Counted from the first letter of the stretch, positions 1 to 14,585 are shown. The stretch: 64,000 nucleotides of DNA from Chrysomallon squamiferum (GCA_012295275.1 CM022668.1:16368001-16432000), one strand, 5' to 3'. Numbers and translations are program-made. The notes: generated by a model not told the origin, from the letters alone.

Positions 1-151
1 TAACCTCTTCATTTTAATGCAGATCTCACAGTGAACCGCTTTTAACACATACGCTTTTTCTTTCGATTATAAACATTATATGGATAGATTGATAGATAAA
101 TTACAGATACAGATATGTGGACACAGATAGAAAAGTATAAATTTGTTTCAG

Positions 152-2621
152 GTTTTGCCGATGCTCAGAACAGCTGTACTGTCGCTGAAGTGGGAAAATA
201 CACAAACTGTTTCGTGGCTTTGTTTGTGAAAGTGTCGCCGATGCTTAACGATACCTGCACCATTCCAACAGCAATGTGCACGTAAGTGTCAGAATTTATA
301 TTTGTACACATTACAAACATTACACATTTTATATGTGTATATAATATGTGCACGTAAGTGTCAGAACTTTATATATGTAAACATTACAATCATTACACAT
401 TTTATATGTGTATATATTATATGCACGTAAGTGTCAGAACTTTATATATGTACACATTACAAATATTACACATTTTATATGTGTATATAATATGTGCACG
501 TAAGTGTCAGAACTTTATATATGTACACATTACAAATATTACACATTTTATATGTGTATATAATATATTACAACTTTACATATGCAGCATTTTAAATGTC
601 ATACGTTTCTATTATACAAATTTCATAATGTGTTTATAATAATAATATTGCAACTTCGTATGTTCACGTAATATATATATCAGTTTAACAAATTCTTAAA
701 TATAAATACACTGTATTATAAATTTATATGTGCACGTCATTTTTACAAATTTATATATGTAATACAAATTTTATAATATGTAAACGTATATGTACATAAG
801 GATATTACAACTTTATGTGAGCTTGTAATTTGTACAACTGTGTAATGTATTAGACACTTTTTGTAGAGTGTATGCATAAAAATGTATTAGAGCTCTATAT
901 GTGCATAGAAATTTCACAACTTTTTTATATGTATTTGAATACAATTTCTATAAATTTATATATCTGTCGGTATTAATAATTTGAATGTAGCTCTGATACA
1001 ATTTATGTGTATATGGATGATACAACTTCAAAATCATGTAACTAGTATCATATATCATAGCTAGCTTCATGCAGTGTATGTTAATATTATAATTCAATGT
1101 ATATATTACGTATTTACGGTTCGGTGTGTGTGTGTATGTGTAAATAAATAAATATATATATATTGTCTTTGTTCTGTGCTGTACATTTAAACTGTGTACA
1201 CTATCTTGTGTAAATTACGTCGTCACACGTATGTAATAATTTTGAATTGTGAACAGACATTTCAGTGACACTGCTGTTTGTGTGAACGGAGAAACGTTGA
1301 CGGACACGTGTCGGGGAACTGTCCGTGATTTTGTCGATAAACAGCTTGGTGAGTAGTATGACACTAGATTTTAGTTTGGTGAGTAGTGTGACACTAGATT
1401 ATAGTTTGGTGAGTAGTGTGACACTAGATTATAGTTTGGTGAATAGTATGACATTAGATTTTAGCTTGGTGAGTAGTGTGACACTAGATTACAGCTTGGT
1501 GAGTAGTGTGACACTAGATTACAGCTTGGTGAGCAGTATGACATTAGATTACAGCTTGGTGAGTAGTATGACACTAGATTATAGCTTGGTGAGTAGTATG
1601 GCACTAGATTATAGCTTGGTGAGTAGTATGACACTAGATTACAGCTTGGTTAGTAGTATGACACTATATTACAGCTTGGTGAGTAGTGTGACACTAGATT
1701 ACAGCTGGGTGAGTAGTGTGACACTAGATTACAGCTTGGTGAGTAGTGTGACACTAGATTACAGCTTGGTGAGTAGTGTGACACTAGATTACAGCTTGGT
1801 GAGTAGTGTGACACTAGATTACAGCTTGGTGAGTAGTGTGACACTAGATTTTAGTTTGGTAAGTAGTGTGACACTAGATTATAGTTTGGTGAGTAGTATG
1901 ACATTAGATTATAGCTTGGTGAGTAGTATGACACTAGATTATAGCTTGGTGAGTAGTGTGACACTAGATTATAGTTTGGTGAGTAGTATGACACTAGATT
2001 ATAGCATGGTGAGTAGTATGGCACTAGATTATAGCTTGGTGAGTAGTATGACACTAGATTACAGCTTGGTTAGTGGTGTGACACTAGATTTTAGTTTGGT
2101 GAGTATAGGGACACTAGATTACAGCTTGGTGAGTAGTGTGACACTAGATTACGGCTTGGTGAGTAGTATGACACTAGATTATAGCTTGGTGAGTAGTATG
2201 GCACTAGATTACAGCTTGGTGAGTAGTATGACACTAGATTATAGCTTGGTGAGTAGTGTCGCACTAGATTATAGCTTGGTGAGTAGTATGACACTAGATT
2301 TTAGTTTGGTAAGTAGTATGGCACTAGATTTTAGTTTGGTGAGTAGTATGACACTAGATTATAGCTTGGTGAGTAGTATGACACTAGATTATAGTTTGTA
2401 AAGTGTGAATAGTGAACAATATAATATATCAGATTATTGTCTATATATATTTTTGTCTGTCTGTCGTTAGATGTCTACACATTCACGAATGTGAGTGTGT
2501 CTATATATGTGCTTATTTATTTATTTATTTATTTTCACAGAAAATATGCCTATGTCGTGCCCTCTCAGCTTACAGGTGATAGAAACGAAGTGTCCATTAG
2601 CTGTCAGAATTCAAAGCAGCT
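152..2621 (+). CDS. Partial spliced gene for a small Cys-rich, probably secreted protein of unknown family (exons 152-281, 1266-1348, 2541-2621; signal-peptide exon presumed upstream of the window; 3' end uncertain, candidate exons 2927-2943, 3736-3768, 4972 onward)
   Basis: Three AG/GT-bounded exons with matching phases (1/2, 2/1, 1/1) join into one open frame: xFADAQNSCTVAEVGKYTNCFVALFVKVSPMLNDTCTIPTAMCTDTAVCVNGETLTDTCRGTVRDFVDKQLENMPMSCPLSLQVIETKCPLAVRIQSS (8 Cys; A-D-A|Q resembles a signal peptidase site). No family recognised. Confidence 0.65.
274..566 (+). repeat. 72-73 bp tandem repeat x4 spanning the splice donor of exon 152-281
   Basis: tgcac|gtaagtgtcagaa... recurs with GT at 282, 354, 427 and 500. 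Confidence 0.9.
1341..2397 (+). repeat. 30-bp minisatellite (~35 copies, acagcttggtgagtagtrtgacactagatt) starting inside exon 1266-1348 and repeating its donor
   Basis: Clear 30-bp period; the first copy supplies the exon end cagcttg|gtgagt. Confidence 0.95.
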
Positions 2622-3072
2622 GTAAGTATTAGAGAAAGATATGAGAAACACTTCACAGAATGCTGTCATGTTACATTACAGATATTATATGAATTACCTG
2701 TTATATATGAGAAATTGCGAATAAGTGTATTTGTATATATGTCTGTGTGTGTGTGTCTGTGTGTGTATATGTGCGTAGGTGTGTGTGTGTGAATGAGTGA
2801 GCGAGAGAGAGAGACAGAACATGTGGTATTGTTTAGAAAGGTGTACTGGCTAGAACGGATTGTATATTTAAAGTTAAATGATAATAACGGTTTACTAAGT
2901 AAAATGTATGTTTGTTTTTGTTACAGCAACTGCTAAGATGGTAGTAAGTTTCCTCTGTTTGTCTGCTTCTGTTGTGTTCGGTCTTCACAGCATCATTTTC
3001 TAATATTAAGTAAAGTAAGAATTTTGTTCATATTTAACTTTATCCACTATACTTCTTACCTATTAATATCTT

Positions 3073-3260
<188 letters not shown>

Positions 3261-4341
3261 TTCCTACAAGTGCAAAAGCCTTTTCAGCTTGAGTGACTTA
3301 TACTTTCGTAAATTGTTTTGTTATATTAAAAGCTAAAATATGCATTCCTTTATGTGTACTTGTGTATTCGTTCGTATCTGGGTATTTCGTATGTTAATTG
3401 GTTGCGTTTGTACCTGTATGAAATTCTAAATGCATTTTTTATGTATCTTTTATCGGTTTTATTTGTATATATCGTTTAGATAGCTTTATTTTAATTGTTC
3501 ACAGCCATATTTTCAGTCTTTTAATTATAAATGATTCCTTATGATAATTTTTCAGACTGAGATATCAACATGTTAAATATTAAATAATATATAACTTACT
3601 TTTTATAGGAAAACTGTAGAAACATTATTGTGATAGGAAATTAAAGTTGTATGAATGATCTGGTATTGAGACAGGTTTAATATCTTGTATTTGTTTGTTT
3701 TATTTTATTTTATTTTATTTTTTTTTTATTTGCAGATGATTCTGAAACATATCAACAGTTTTACAACAGTAATCATATCTCTCCCCATTTCCACTCCATC
3801 TCTCTCTCTCTCTCTCCCTCTTTATCTTTCTATCTCTCTCTCTGCCTCTCCCTTTCTCTCGTTCTCTCGGAATTTCTCACTTAGTCAGTCTCAGACGTTC
3901 TGTAACTCACAAAGTCCAAATCCCCTGTAGAAATGCACAGATTAATTTTATTATATATAGACTAATCTTTATTTATTTTATAGTAATATAAAACTTTTAT
4001 TTTTATAGTAATATGAAATATAAACTTTAGAGTAATATTTATTTCCACGTATATTCGTTTGCTGTATTGCTTCAGTGACAATAAAATATTCCCAACAATG
4101 TTTATTTGGAGAAGCGAGTTTGCCTTTAACGAAAATAATCAGTTTTATAATGTAAAATGTTTTACTGATACAGTTTTACTTTGTCTAATAAATATATACT
4201 GCTACTTTGTTGTTGTTTGTTTTGTATTTATTAGAAGATAACTAAAAATACAGCAACTGTCTTATAAATAAATGTTAGTCCACAACTGCTCAATCTTATT
4301 ACCACTACTGCTGCTGTTGCTACTATTATTACAACTACTAG

Positions 4342-4379
<38 letters not shown>

Positions 4380-5262
4380 ATTATTTATTTTTATTTATTT
4401 ATTTTAAACAACAATAAAAAAAAAAAAAAAAAAAAAAACTAAAAGCCAGTTGGGACATTAATAACTGAGACAAAAGATTTGAACAGATATCACAGGACAT
4501 ATACAACATTTGACAATATAATTTGGTCAGTTTTTACTGCACTGTATCTCAATTTCCTATTTTTAACGATTGGTTACCTTCTTGACTACGTATCAGACCA
4601 ATTTAAATTGCTTTGTGAAAACATCTGAATAGTAATGACATTCGTCTGATAGAGTTATATCAGAATATGTCCCATTTGTTTTACAAATCGCAAGGTATCG
4701 ATTAAGCAAAACCATACAATAATTGAGGGTAGAGTTATGTCCCTTTGAATTTAGCCGTTCCATTAGAAAACTTTTGAATTCAAGGGATTTTTTTTCCATT
4801 CGCTTTCCCAGAAAACATATCTTATGATTCATGGTAAGTCAGTTTTGGAGTAAGGTTTGAACGGGAAATAGCTCAATGGGTGTACGAAGGGGATTGGTTC
4901 TGTTGTATGTTAAAACTGAAGCCAATTTTCTAATCACTGACCTCTGACCTTTGACCCATCTTTTTTTTCAGAATCAAAACAGGTAGCATCGACTTTAAAT
5001 AAACCTGAAGTAGGCTGAATGCTCTGGGATTACCTACTCAGTAATTTCAATTCCAGTGTGATGTTTTTGTCAGTAAATTTAAACTGAAAAGAGACGCGAC
5101 AGTATTGATGTTGTGTTCGCGTGTTTAAGAACAAATCAATGCTATTGTGTGACTAGTCACTTCCTGTGACAGAGTAACAGACACTTGTAGCCATGTCAAA
5201 CGAGATAATTATTCTACTTAGTTCACCAAGACACGAAGATATTGAAGTGGGACTGTCGATAG

Positions 5263-5662
<400 letters not shown>

Positions 5663-5957
5663 ATGGAGAATGGAAGGATGGACGATGAATACAAACACAT
5701 ATTCCGAGAGATTTGATTTGTCTATTCCGAGAGATTTGATTTGTCTATCCGTCTGCGTGCCTAAATAGGTAAAAAAAAATAGATATGCAGACAGATAAAC
5801 ATATATAGAGACAGACAAACACTCACAGGTAGATAGATGAAAAGATAGAGAGATGGGATGAAGAAAAAGTAATTCGAGATGGTAAGAGAAAAACAAAAGA
5901 AAGGAAAATATACAACTAAATTATGTTAAGAAATGTACTCTACAGACCATCCCAGAA

Positions 5958-7296
5958 TGTGACTGCAGTGTTTCAGATATGACGTACTGTGACTGCAATG
6001 TTTCAGATATGACGTACTGTGACTGCAATGTTTCAGATATGACGTACTGTGACTGCAGTGTTTCAGATATTACGTACTGTGACTGCAGTGTTTCAGATAT
6101 GACGTACAGTGACTGCAATGTTTCAGATATGACGTACTGTGACTGCAATGTTTCAGATCTGACGTACTGTGACTGCAGTGTTTCAGATATGACGTACAGT
6201 GACTGCAATGTTTCAGATATTACGTATTGTGACTGCAATGTTTCAGATATGACGTACTGTGACTGCAGTGTTTCAGATATGACGTACTGTGACTGCAATG
6301 CTTCAGATATTACGTATTGTGACTGCAGTGTTTCAGATATGACGTACTGTGACTGCAGTGTTTCAGATATGACGTACTATGAGTGCAATGTTTCAGATAT
6401 TACGTATTGTGACTGCAATGTTTCAGATATCACGTACTGTGACTGCAATGTTTCAGATCTGACGTACTGTGACTGCAGTGTTTCAGATATGACGTACAGT
6501 GACTGCAATGTTTCAGATATTACGTATTGTGACTGCAATGTTTCACTATTGCTGCAGTGTTTCAGATATGACGTACTGTGACTGCAGTGTTTCAGATATG
6601 ACGTACTGTGACTGCAATGCTTCAGATATTACGTATTGTGACTGCAGTGCTTCAGATATGACGTACAGTGACTGCAGTGTTTCAGATAAGACGTACTATG
6701 AGTGCAATGTTTCAGATATTACGTATTGTGACCTCAGTGTTTCAGATATGACGTACAGTGACTGCAATGTTTCAGATATGACGTACTGTGACTGCAGTGT
6801 TTCAGATATTACGTACTGTGACTGCAGTGTTTCAGATATGACGTACAGTGACTGCAATGTTTCAGATATGACGTACTGTGACTGCAATGTTTCAGATCTG
6901 ACGTACTGTGACTGCAGTGTTTCAGATATGACGTACAGTGACTGCAATGTTTCAGATATTACGTATTGTGACTGCAATGTTTCAGATATTACGTATTGTG
7001 ACTGGAGTGTTTCAGATATGACGTACTGTGACTGCAATGTTTCAGATATGACGTATGTGACTGCAATGCTTCAGATATTACGTATTGTGACTGCAGTGTT
7101 TCAGATATGACGTACTGTGACTGCAGTGTTTCAGATATGACGTACTATGACTGCAGTGTTTCAGATATGACGTACAGTGACTGCAATGTTTCAGATATGA
7201 CGTACTATGACTGCAATGCTTCAGATATTACGTATTGTGACTGCAGTGTTTCAGATATGACGTACTGTGACTGCAGTGTTTCAGATATGACGTACT
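5958..7296. repeat. 30-bp minisatellite (~44 copies, gactgcartgtttcagatatgacgtactgt)
   Basis: 30-bp period with two register slips (near 6545 and 7056). Confidence 0.95.
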
Positions 7297-7928
7297 GGGT
7301 AATGTAGAAAGGAAGTGCACTTTCACTTGTTTACAAATACTTATTTACGTGTGAATAGCAGCTAAAAAATATAGTCATTTCAGAATTGAAATCATAAAGA
7401 GATATAACATTTGTTTAAAAAGTTTAACTACGTTATTATTTACTGAACTGAGAAAAAGTATTTTGTATGAATATTATTCAATCAAAAGTCTTCTGATTAA
7501 CTTATCAGTGCTACAGACCTACGTATACGTTTACAAGAAAGTAAAGGAGATCAAAATTTACTTTAGGAAAACTGTAAGATTTCTGCATATGTTATAGAGC
7601 TATTTACTTTAAATTGTTTCTGTCTCAATATCAGACATTGCAGTAGTTGTTATCAATGTGTAACAAGAGGACAAGTGACTACGACTACTATAAAGTGATG
7701 ATGTGTTAACAGTGTCTGACGTCGGGCTCTTACTTTGATTATGGAAATGAGGCGCGTTCTGTACACATCTGACATTACCACAGTGAGATTAGGTATTTGT
7801 ATGTAAACAGAATTAACGACTCAAACAGCTAAATGGAAACAGAACTAACTGCCTTGGTGCACCGAGATTAGAAAAGGGGAATGGTTTCTATGTTTAAATA
7901 CACAGACCAGAATGCAGATGAATACAAA

Positions 7929-7964
<36 letters not shown>

Positions 7965-8117
7965 AGAAAAAGAAGAAGATGAAAAGAAACATATGACTAT
8001 GGAAATATTTACTTCATTCTTTCCTGAATGTTGAACTATAATTTTTTTTTTTTTTTACATTAAAAATTAGATAAAAAATAAAAAAATAAATAAATAGATA
8101 AATAAATAATTAAAGAA

Positions 8118-8181
<64 letters not shown>

Positions 8182-8951
8182 GTATTTTTAATACAAATAC
8201 CACTAAGTCATATACCTATTCAAACGAATGTTATTACAAAACTAAATAAATAAATTCGGGGGATGTTAGGACAGTTCTGAGTTTGCAGTTGAACGTTGAT
8301 GTAGATGGCTGCGGGATCTAACCCCCTCGGAGCAATTTCTGTTACTTACGCCCAGTTCTGTGCTACACAATTTCTTCATCAAAGCCGTGTTTTGTCCTTT
8401 TAACATATTTCTTCCTGGTAACAAAAGAAAAAACTCACTACTGCATTGCGTCAGCCATCGTAATATATATTTATATTACGAATAGCCGCATTTAGTAACG
8501 TTAATTAAAAGTGTAAGTCTGGTGATAAATAAAACATGTTTTTTTTTTCTGTTCTCGCTGTCAGTGGGCGAAAGATTACAGCAGCACTTTGTCGTCTTCT
8601 CGCTAAAACTGGAACAAATTAAACATGGATCACAGCAACAATCAGCGATTGTTTAAACTTCTTCCTCGACAATAATAATTTATAATTTTCTAAAACCTTT
8701 CGAAATATTTCGTTCCCAAAGATTTCAAAACACAGGATAAAGAAAACAACAGGAGATATTGTTTACAGCGCTGGTTAGTGCAACAGGCTGTGAGTTGAAT
8801 GGGGCGCGTATAAAATTACTTTTTGAAAGATAAAGTGAATAGCTGTAGTGATCCACGTTGTGAACATCATCATCATCATCATCAACATCATTATAATGAG
8901 AATGTGAATTTTTAATTTTATAAGATGAACAATATGTTAACGACAACAACA

Positions 8952-9014
<63 letters not shown>

Positions 9015-10429
9015 TATTATTGTTATTTTGTAGTGTGGGTTTTAAGAATTCCGTAAGGATGCATAATTTGTTATACAGAATTGTTTTGAAAGTGAAATAC
9101 AACATTTCTGTATATATATACACACAAAATGCACAATTCATTTGTAAACTTTCCCTATAACAAAACATCACATGGAAGCTGAAATAACACACTCTGTAAT
9201 CCAAAATCTTGGTTTGAAAAATAAATTACTGAGCAGAGCACAACGAGGGATACTAAAACACACTCACACATGTTTTTATTAGAATCACTCACACTGTATA
9301 AACTTAGAAAATAGACATATGTTGGTTCCTAGGTTCCTATGGTAACGCCAACTTGAAGAATTAATATTATCTGAATAATACGGCAACGTCAAGCTAAGAA
9401 TATACCCTGAAAGTGCCTCTCTGCTGCCGAGTAAGATTAAACCTTAATTATCTCCCATTGTTGACTCTCGCAAAAATGAAACGAATAATGCTAACTAACC
9501 TGAATTATGATAATCACGTCTGCAATTACTACAGAGCTTAATACCAAACCCATTTTCAGCAGAGAAACGAGTAAAAGTATTACGGTGAAAATATTCGATT
9601 GGTTCATATTACGGTTTTATACTGCAAGACAAATATGCATTTATTTATTCTTTAAATTTGTTAATTTGTGTGTTTATCCATTACTTGAGTCAAGTTAGAA
9701 TGTTTCGTCCGGTAGATTGACTGTACACACAGTATTCATGATCCCTGTGACTATTTCAGTTAAGCGGAAATTATTTAAGAATTTCCGATTGTCTGAGCTA
9801 TTTGGAAATAAATGTATGGTGTCTGTATGATTCTTGGATCTATTTGGAAACTCGTTCTAACTATTCGAATGATTATTTGGTCTGTGTGGAAACTGTACAC
9901 CCTTCCGTCTGAAAGTCGTCCATATTGAAGAATTTTTTTTTATATACCTATTCATGTATTTGAAATTTCTTTAAGTACGTTCGTTTGTCTGTCTTGACCG
10001 TTCATAGCTTCTACGTACAGTGGACTAAAAAGTTTAGCTGTAATACTACCAGTCACCTAGCATCAGAATCTTACTTGTAACGCTAAACGTCACTAACTCA
10101 CAAAGTGGGTGTCTAGTTGAATGTTTTACAGGAAGCTGGTTGACTGATAGTGAAATTACCGCGATTTCGTAATAAACGAAACGCAGAAGATCGGTGGCGG
10201 TCTGCGCTTTCTTTTCCCGATCGACTTCAGACTTCGCCACGAAGTTATTTGATTGGAAGGATGTGCAGACACTCGCTATAAACCTCACAGCACATTAGCG
10301 CATTCGTTCAGAGCCTGGCGAATTCACCGTCATGTCTGGCAGAACTTTAAACAGACTCTCACAGTCTCTCGTGCATTTACATTGTGTCCTTGTCATGTGT
10401 TCAGTCTTTGAAATACTTGTAATATTGCG

Positions 10430-11050
10430 AGTCATCCACTGTTTATATCAACTGGTATTGTGAGTCATCTACTGTTTAAAATACTCGTGTATATCAACTG
10501 ATAGTGTAAGTCATCTACTCTTTGAAATATCCGTGTATATCAACTGATATTGTGGGTCATCTACTGTGTATATCAACTGATATTGTGGGTCATCTACAGT
10601 GTATATCAACTGATATGTGCCAATCTACTGTGTATATCAACTGATTGTGTGAGTTATCTACTGTGTATATCCACTGATAGTGTGAGTTATCTACTGTGTA
10701 TATCAACTGATATTGTGGGTCATCTACAGTGTATATCAACTGATATGTGCCAATCTACTGTGTATATCAACCGATTGTGTGAGTTATCTACTGTGTATAT
10801 CCACTGATAGTGTGAGTTATCTGCTGTGTATATTAACTGATATTGTGGGTCATCTACTGTGTATATCAACTGATAGTGTGAGTTATCTACTGTGTATATC
10901 AACTGATATTGTGGGTCATCTACTGTGTATATCAACTGATAGTGTGAGTTATCTACTGTGTATATCAACTGATAGTGTGAGTTATCTACAGTGTATATCA
11001 ACTGATAGTGTGAGTTATCTACAGTGTATATCAACTGATACTGTGAATCA
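10430..11050. repeat. ~33-bp minisatellite (tgtatatcaactgatagtgtgagttatctactg) with a duplicated 4-unit higher-order block
   Basis: 32-33 bp period; the same order of variant units recurs at about 10575-10705 and 10706-10835. Confidence 0.85.
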
Positions 11051-12589
11051 GTAGTGTTTGAAATACTAAAATATTTTAACTCATATAACAGCGATTATTA
11101 TGCGTCATTTACTGTTTGAAATATTAATGTATATTAACTGATATAATAATGAATATTAATCAGTGTTTTACGTACTGTGAATATTAATTCACATTATGCA
11201 TTAACTAGTATTTGAAGTACTAATATATTAATTGATATTATGCTAGTGTATATTAATTAATATTATACGTGATTTATTACTTTTGGTAATGCTAGTGAAT
11301 GTTGATTAACATTAAGTCAGCAAGTGTTTCAGGAAACACGGAGTTTTGAAGAATTACGTACGTGGAACTTTGCACTCGCCGACCAGTTCAGATCAAACAG
11401 TGGAATTCTGAAACAATGTTTCTGAAATACGCGTTCATGTTGTTTGTTGGATTACGTCACGAACATGAATGTCTCAAAAAGCACGCGGGTGTGTTAACTT
11501 GTATGGTGCACACCGCAACAAATAAGGGAATTCCAGTGCAATGTGTGTTTAAAATATCGATGTAGATGTATCGGCAGACAATGTACGTTGAAGACATCTG
11601 AAGACACGGAGATCTGAAATACTATTCTTTATGTACTGTTTTAAACAAGAAACACATTTATTAATTGTTATGTAGTTTTGTGTACAGTTCTGTGGATGAT
11701 TCAAGGAATGTCTGCAGACGTATTAGTTGTTTTACTGAACGATAAATGAGTCACAAGAAATAAGATGGGATTAAAACTGTTAAAGATGTTTGTGTACGAC
11801 TTCTATGCACAGATAATCTCAAACTCGAAAATTATCTGGATTTAAAAAACATATAAATATAATAGATGTAGACATACGCCAAGCATATTAGAAAAAAATA
11901 TATGAAAATGTGAAATTCAATCCATGTAAAAAAATTTAAAATGAATTAACTGTTCAACTATCTGAGAAGATAATGAAGTTCTGAAAGAAATTTCGCGTAT
12001 TTAAACTTGATGATAAATGTGATATGTATACACACGCCAGATGAAATATGAAATTCTGAAACTATATCGATTTAAAACATCTGTATAAATATATTAAGAG
12101 TTGATCAAAGACAGCTTTTCAATACGGAAAAGATGAACGCACGTGAATTCTGTTGTATTAAAACACCGATGTGTTGATCACAACAGACACGAAATTCTGA
12201 AACCTCGGGAACAAAAGCACGGATGTAGATGCACTAATTGTTCATATACGCCATGTTTATCACCGTACGGTAAATTGTGAAACTCTTTGGGTTTAAAACA
12301 TTCACGAATCTGACTTAATTGAGAGTACTTCCTGAAGGCAGAACCATGAAGACTAACACACCTATGGGAAGCATGCAAGTAAGTAATTGCTTTTCGCTTT
12401 TGTTTCATGTCTTAAGCAGCGTGTAAAACAGTAAACAGATTCTCTTAATGGACGTGTTCATTTATATCAGTTGAAAGAAAAGAAACATGAGACCTAGCTA
12501 GTTCTGAAAACAAGTCAGAAATAAAATTAATTAATAAAAGTAGTTATCACGATATAATTAAATAATTAAAGTATGTAGATAAATATATG

Positions 12590-12655
12590 CTACATACATT
12601 CAGACATATATATGTACATATATACATACATACACATATACATACACACACATAC

Positions 12656-12698
<43 letters not shown>

Positions 12699-12719
12699 CA
12701 CATATACATACACACATAC

Positions 12720-12750
<31 letters not shown>

Positions 12751-12925
12751 CATACATACATACATAAAAACATACACATACTCATACAGAAACACAAACA
12801 GTCATACACACATACATACGTATCTATAAGCCGGATACATACGTACATAAGACAGATAATATTGAAATAGCTTAAATGCATAAATCCATACACACATACA
12901 CACATCCACATACATACAAACATAT
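12590..12925. repeat. (TACA)n compound microsatellite
   Basis: Visible tetranucleotide run. Confidence 0.9.
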
Positions 12926-13219
12926 GTCTATATATCTATACTATCATAATATTAGTTACCACTTATCATTTACACATAATTATATTAAAATGTACCATAT
13001 CATTAAAGTTATTAATTCCTCGATTCATAAATGACAATGCAGTTTAAAACGTTATCATATTATCTCTATAATGTTAAAATTAATTCGATGATGATATTCA
13101 GAGCTGTTACAGTAGACTGTGCCCAGCCTCCTAATTCTTTGAATAACAGCGATATCGTCTGTGTGTTGTATTCGTATTGCCTCATCAACTCACCGCCTTC
13201 GTCTGTGTAATACACCGTT

Positions 13220-13567
13220 ATCATTCCAGTAATATACTGCATTGTATCATTCCAGTAATATACTGCATCGTATCATTCCAGTAATATACAGCTATCTCAT
13301 CAATCCAATAATATACTGCATCGTATCATTCCAGTAATATACTGCTGTCTCATCAATCCAGTAATATACTGCATCGTATCATTCCAGTAATATACAGCTA
13401 TCTCATCAATCCAATAATATACTGCATCGTATCATTCCAGTAATATACTGCTGTCTCATCAATCCAGTAATATACTGCTATCTCATCAATCCAGTAATAT
13501 ACTGCTATCTCATCAATCCAGTAATATACTGCTATCTCATCAATCCAGTAATATACTGCTGTCTCAT
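13220..13567. repeat. 26-27 bp minisatellite (atccagtaatatactgctatctcatca), ~13 copies
   Basis: Two alternating variant units. Confidence 0.85.
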
Positions 13568-13639
13568 TACTCACTGTCGTATTCATAAAGCTTTATCATC
13601 TTATGAATGTGTCTTTATTACCTTTGTGATATCTATACT

Positions 13640-13825
13640 GTCTCACTAATGTTAAATTATATGTGTGATATCTTTGAAATCTCACTAATGTTAAATTATG
13701 TGTGATATCTTTAGTCTCACTAATGTTCAATTATCTGTGTGATATCTTTAGTCTCACCAATGTTAAATTATCTGTATGATATCTTTAGTCTCACTAATGT
13801 TAAATTATCTCTGTGATATCTTTAG
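13640..13825. repeat. ~37-bp tandem repeat x5 (gtctcactaatgttaaattatctgtgtgatatcttta)
   Basis: Direct reading. Confidence 0.85.
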
Positions 13826-14054
13826 GCTGATGTTTACAGCTCAGTGCGCATGCGGAGTGGGAGATGGGTTTCAGAAACACGTGTTTCAGTTCTGGGTCTG
13901 AGTGTTTGTTTTTCTGTCTGCTCTTCCTGTTTTTTCAAAACATTCCTCGTCACTTTTAATGGCTGCTTTAATGTAATTTGTCATCCACGAGAAAGCAGGC
14001 GGAACTATTTGTTCTTGTTTATCAAAACAGTTCACATTCGTCTTTAGTTGGGAG

Positions 14055-14070
14055 TATGTATGCATGTGTG

Positions 14071-14101
<31 letters not shown>

Positions 14102-14585
14102 ATATATGTATGTATGTATGTATGTATATGTGTATTTATGTATGTATGTATGTATGTATGTATATGTATATGTATGTATTTATGTATGTATGTATGTATG
14201 TATGTATGTATATGTATGTATGTATATGTATATATATGTATTTATGTATGTATGTATGTATGTATATATGTATATGTATGTATGTATATGTATATGTATG
14301 TATATGTATTTATGTATGTATATGTATGTATGTATGTATGTATGTTAGTATGTATGTATGTATATGTATGTATGTATGTATGTATATGTATTTATGTATG
14401 TATGTATGTATATGTATGTGTATGTCTGTATGCATGCATGTATGTATGTATGTATGTATATGTATGTGTATGTATTTATGTATGTATGTATGTATGTATG
14501 TATGTATGTATGTGTATGTATGTATGTATGTATGTGTATATATGTGTATGTATGTATGCGTATATACATGTGTGTGTATGTATGT
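14055..14585. repeat. (TATG)n compound microsatellite
   Basis: Visible tetranucleotide run. Confidence 0.95.

Noticed and set aside
1325-2401. 358-aa ORF of SLVSSMTLDY repeats
   Set aside because: Starts at GTG, is a by-product of a stop-free 30-bp unit, lies in a different frame from the real exon and sits in an intron.
5979-7307. Cys-rich TYCDCSVSDM repeat ORFs resembling metallothionein or an adhesive protein
   Set aside because: Pure minisatellite translation, broken by register slips, with no signal peptide or unique flanking coding sequence.
10430-11050. Minisatellites of 30-37 bp that could be mistaken for CRISPR arrays (also 30462-31003 and 35181-35604)
   Set aside because: Head-to-tail units without unique spacers, no cas genes, and a eukaryotic context.
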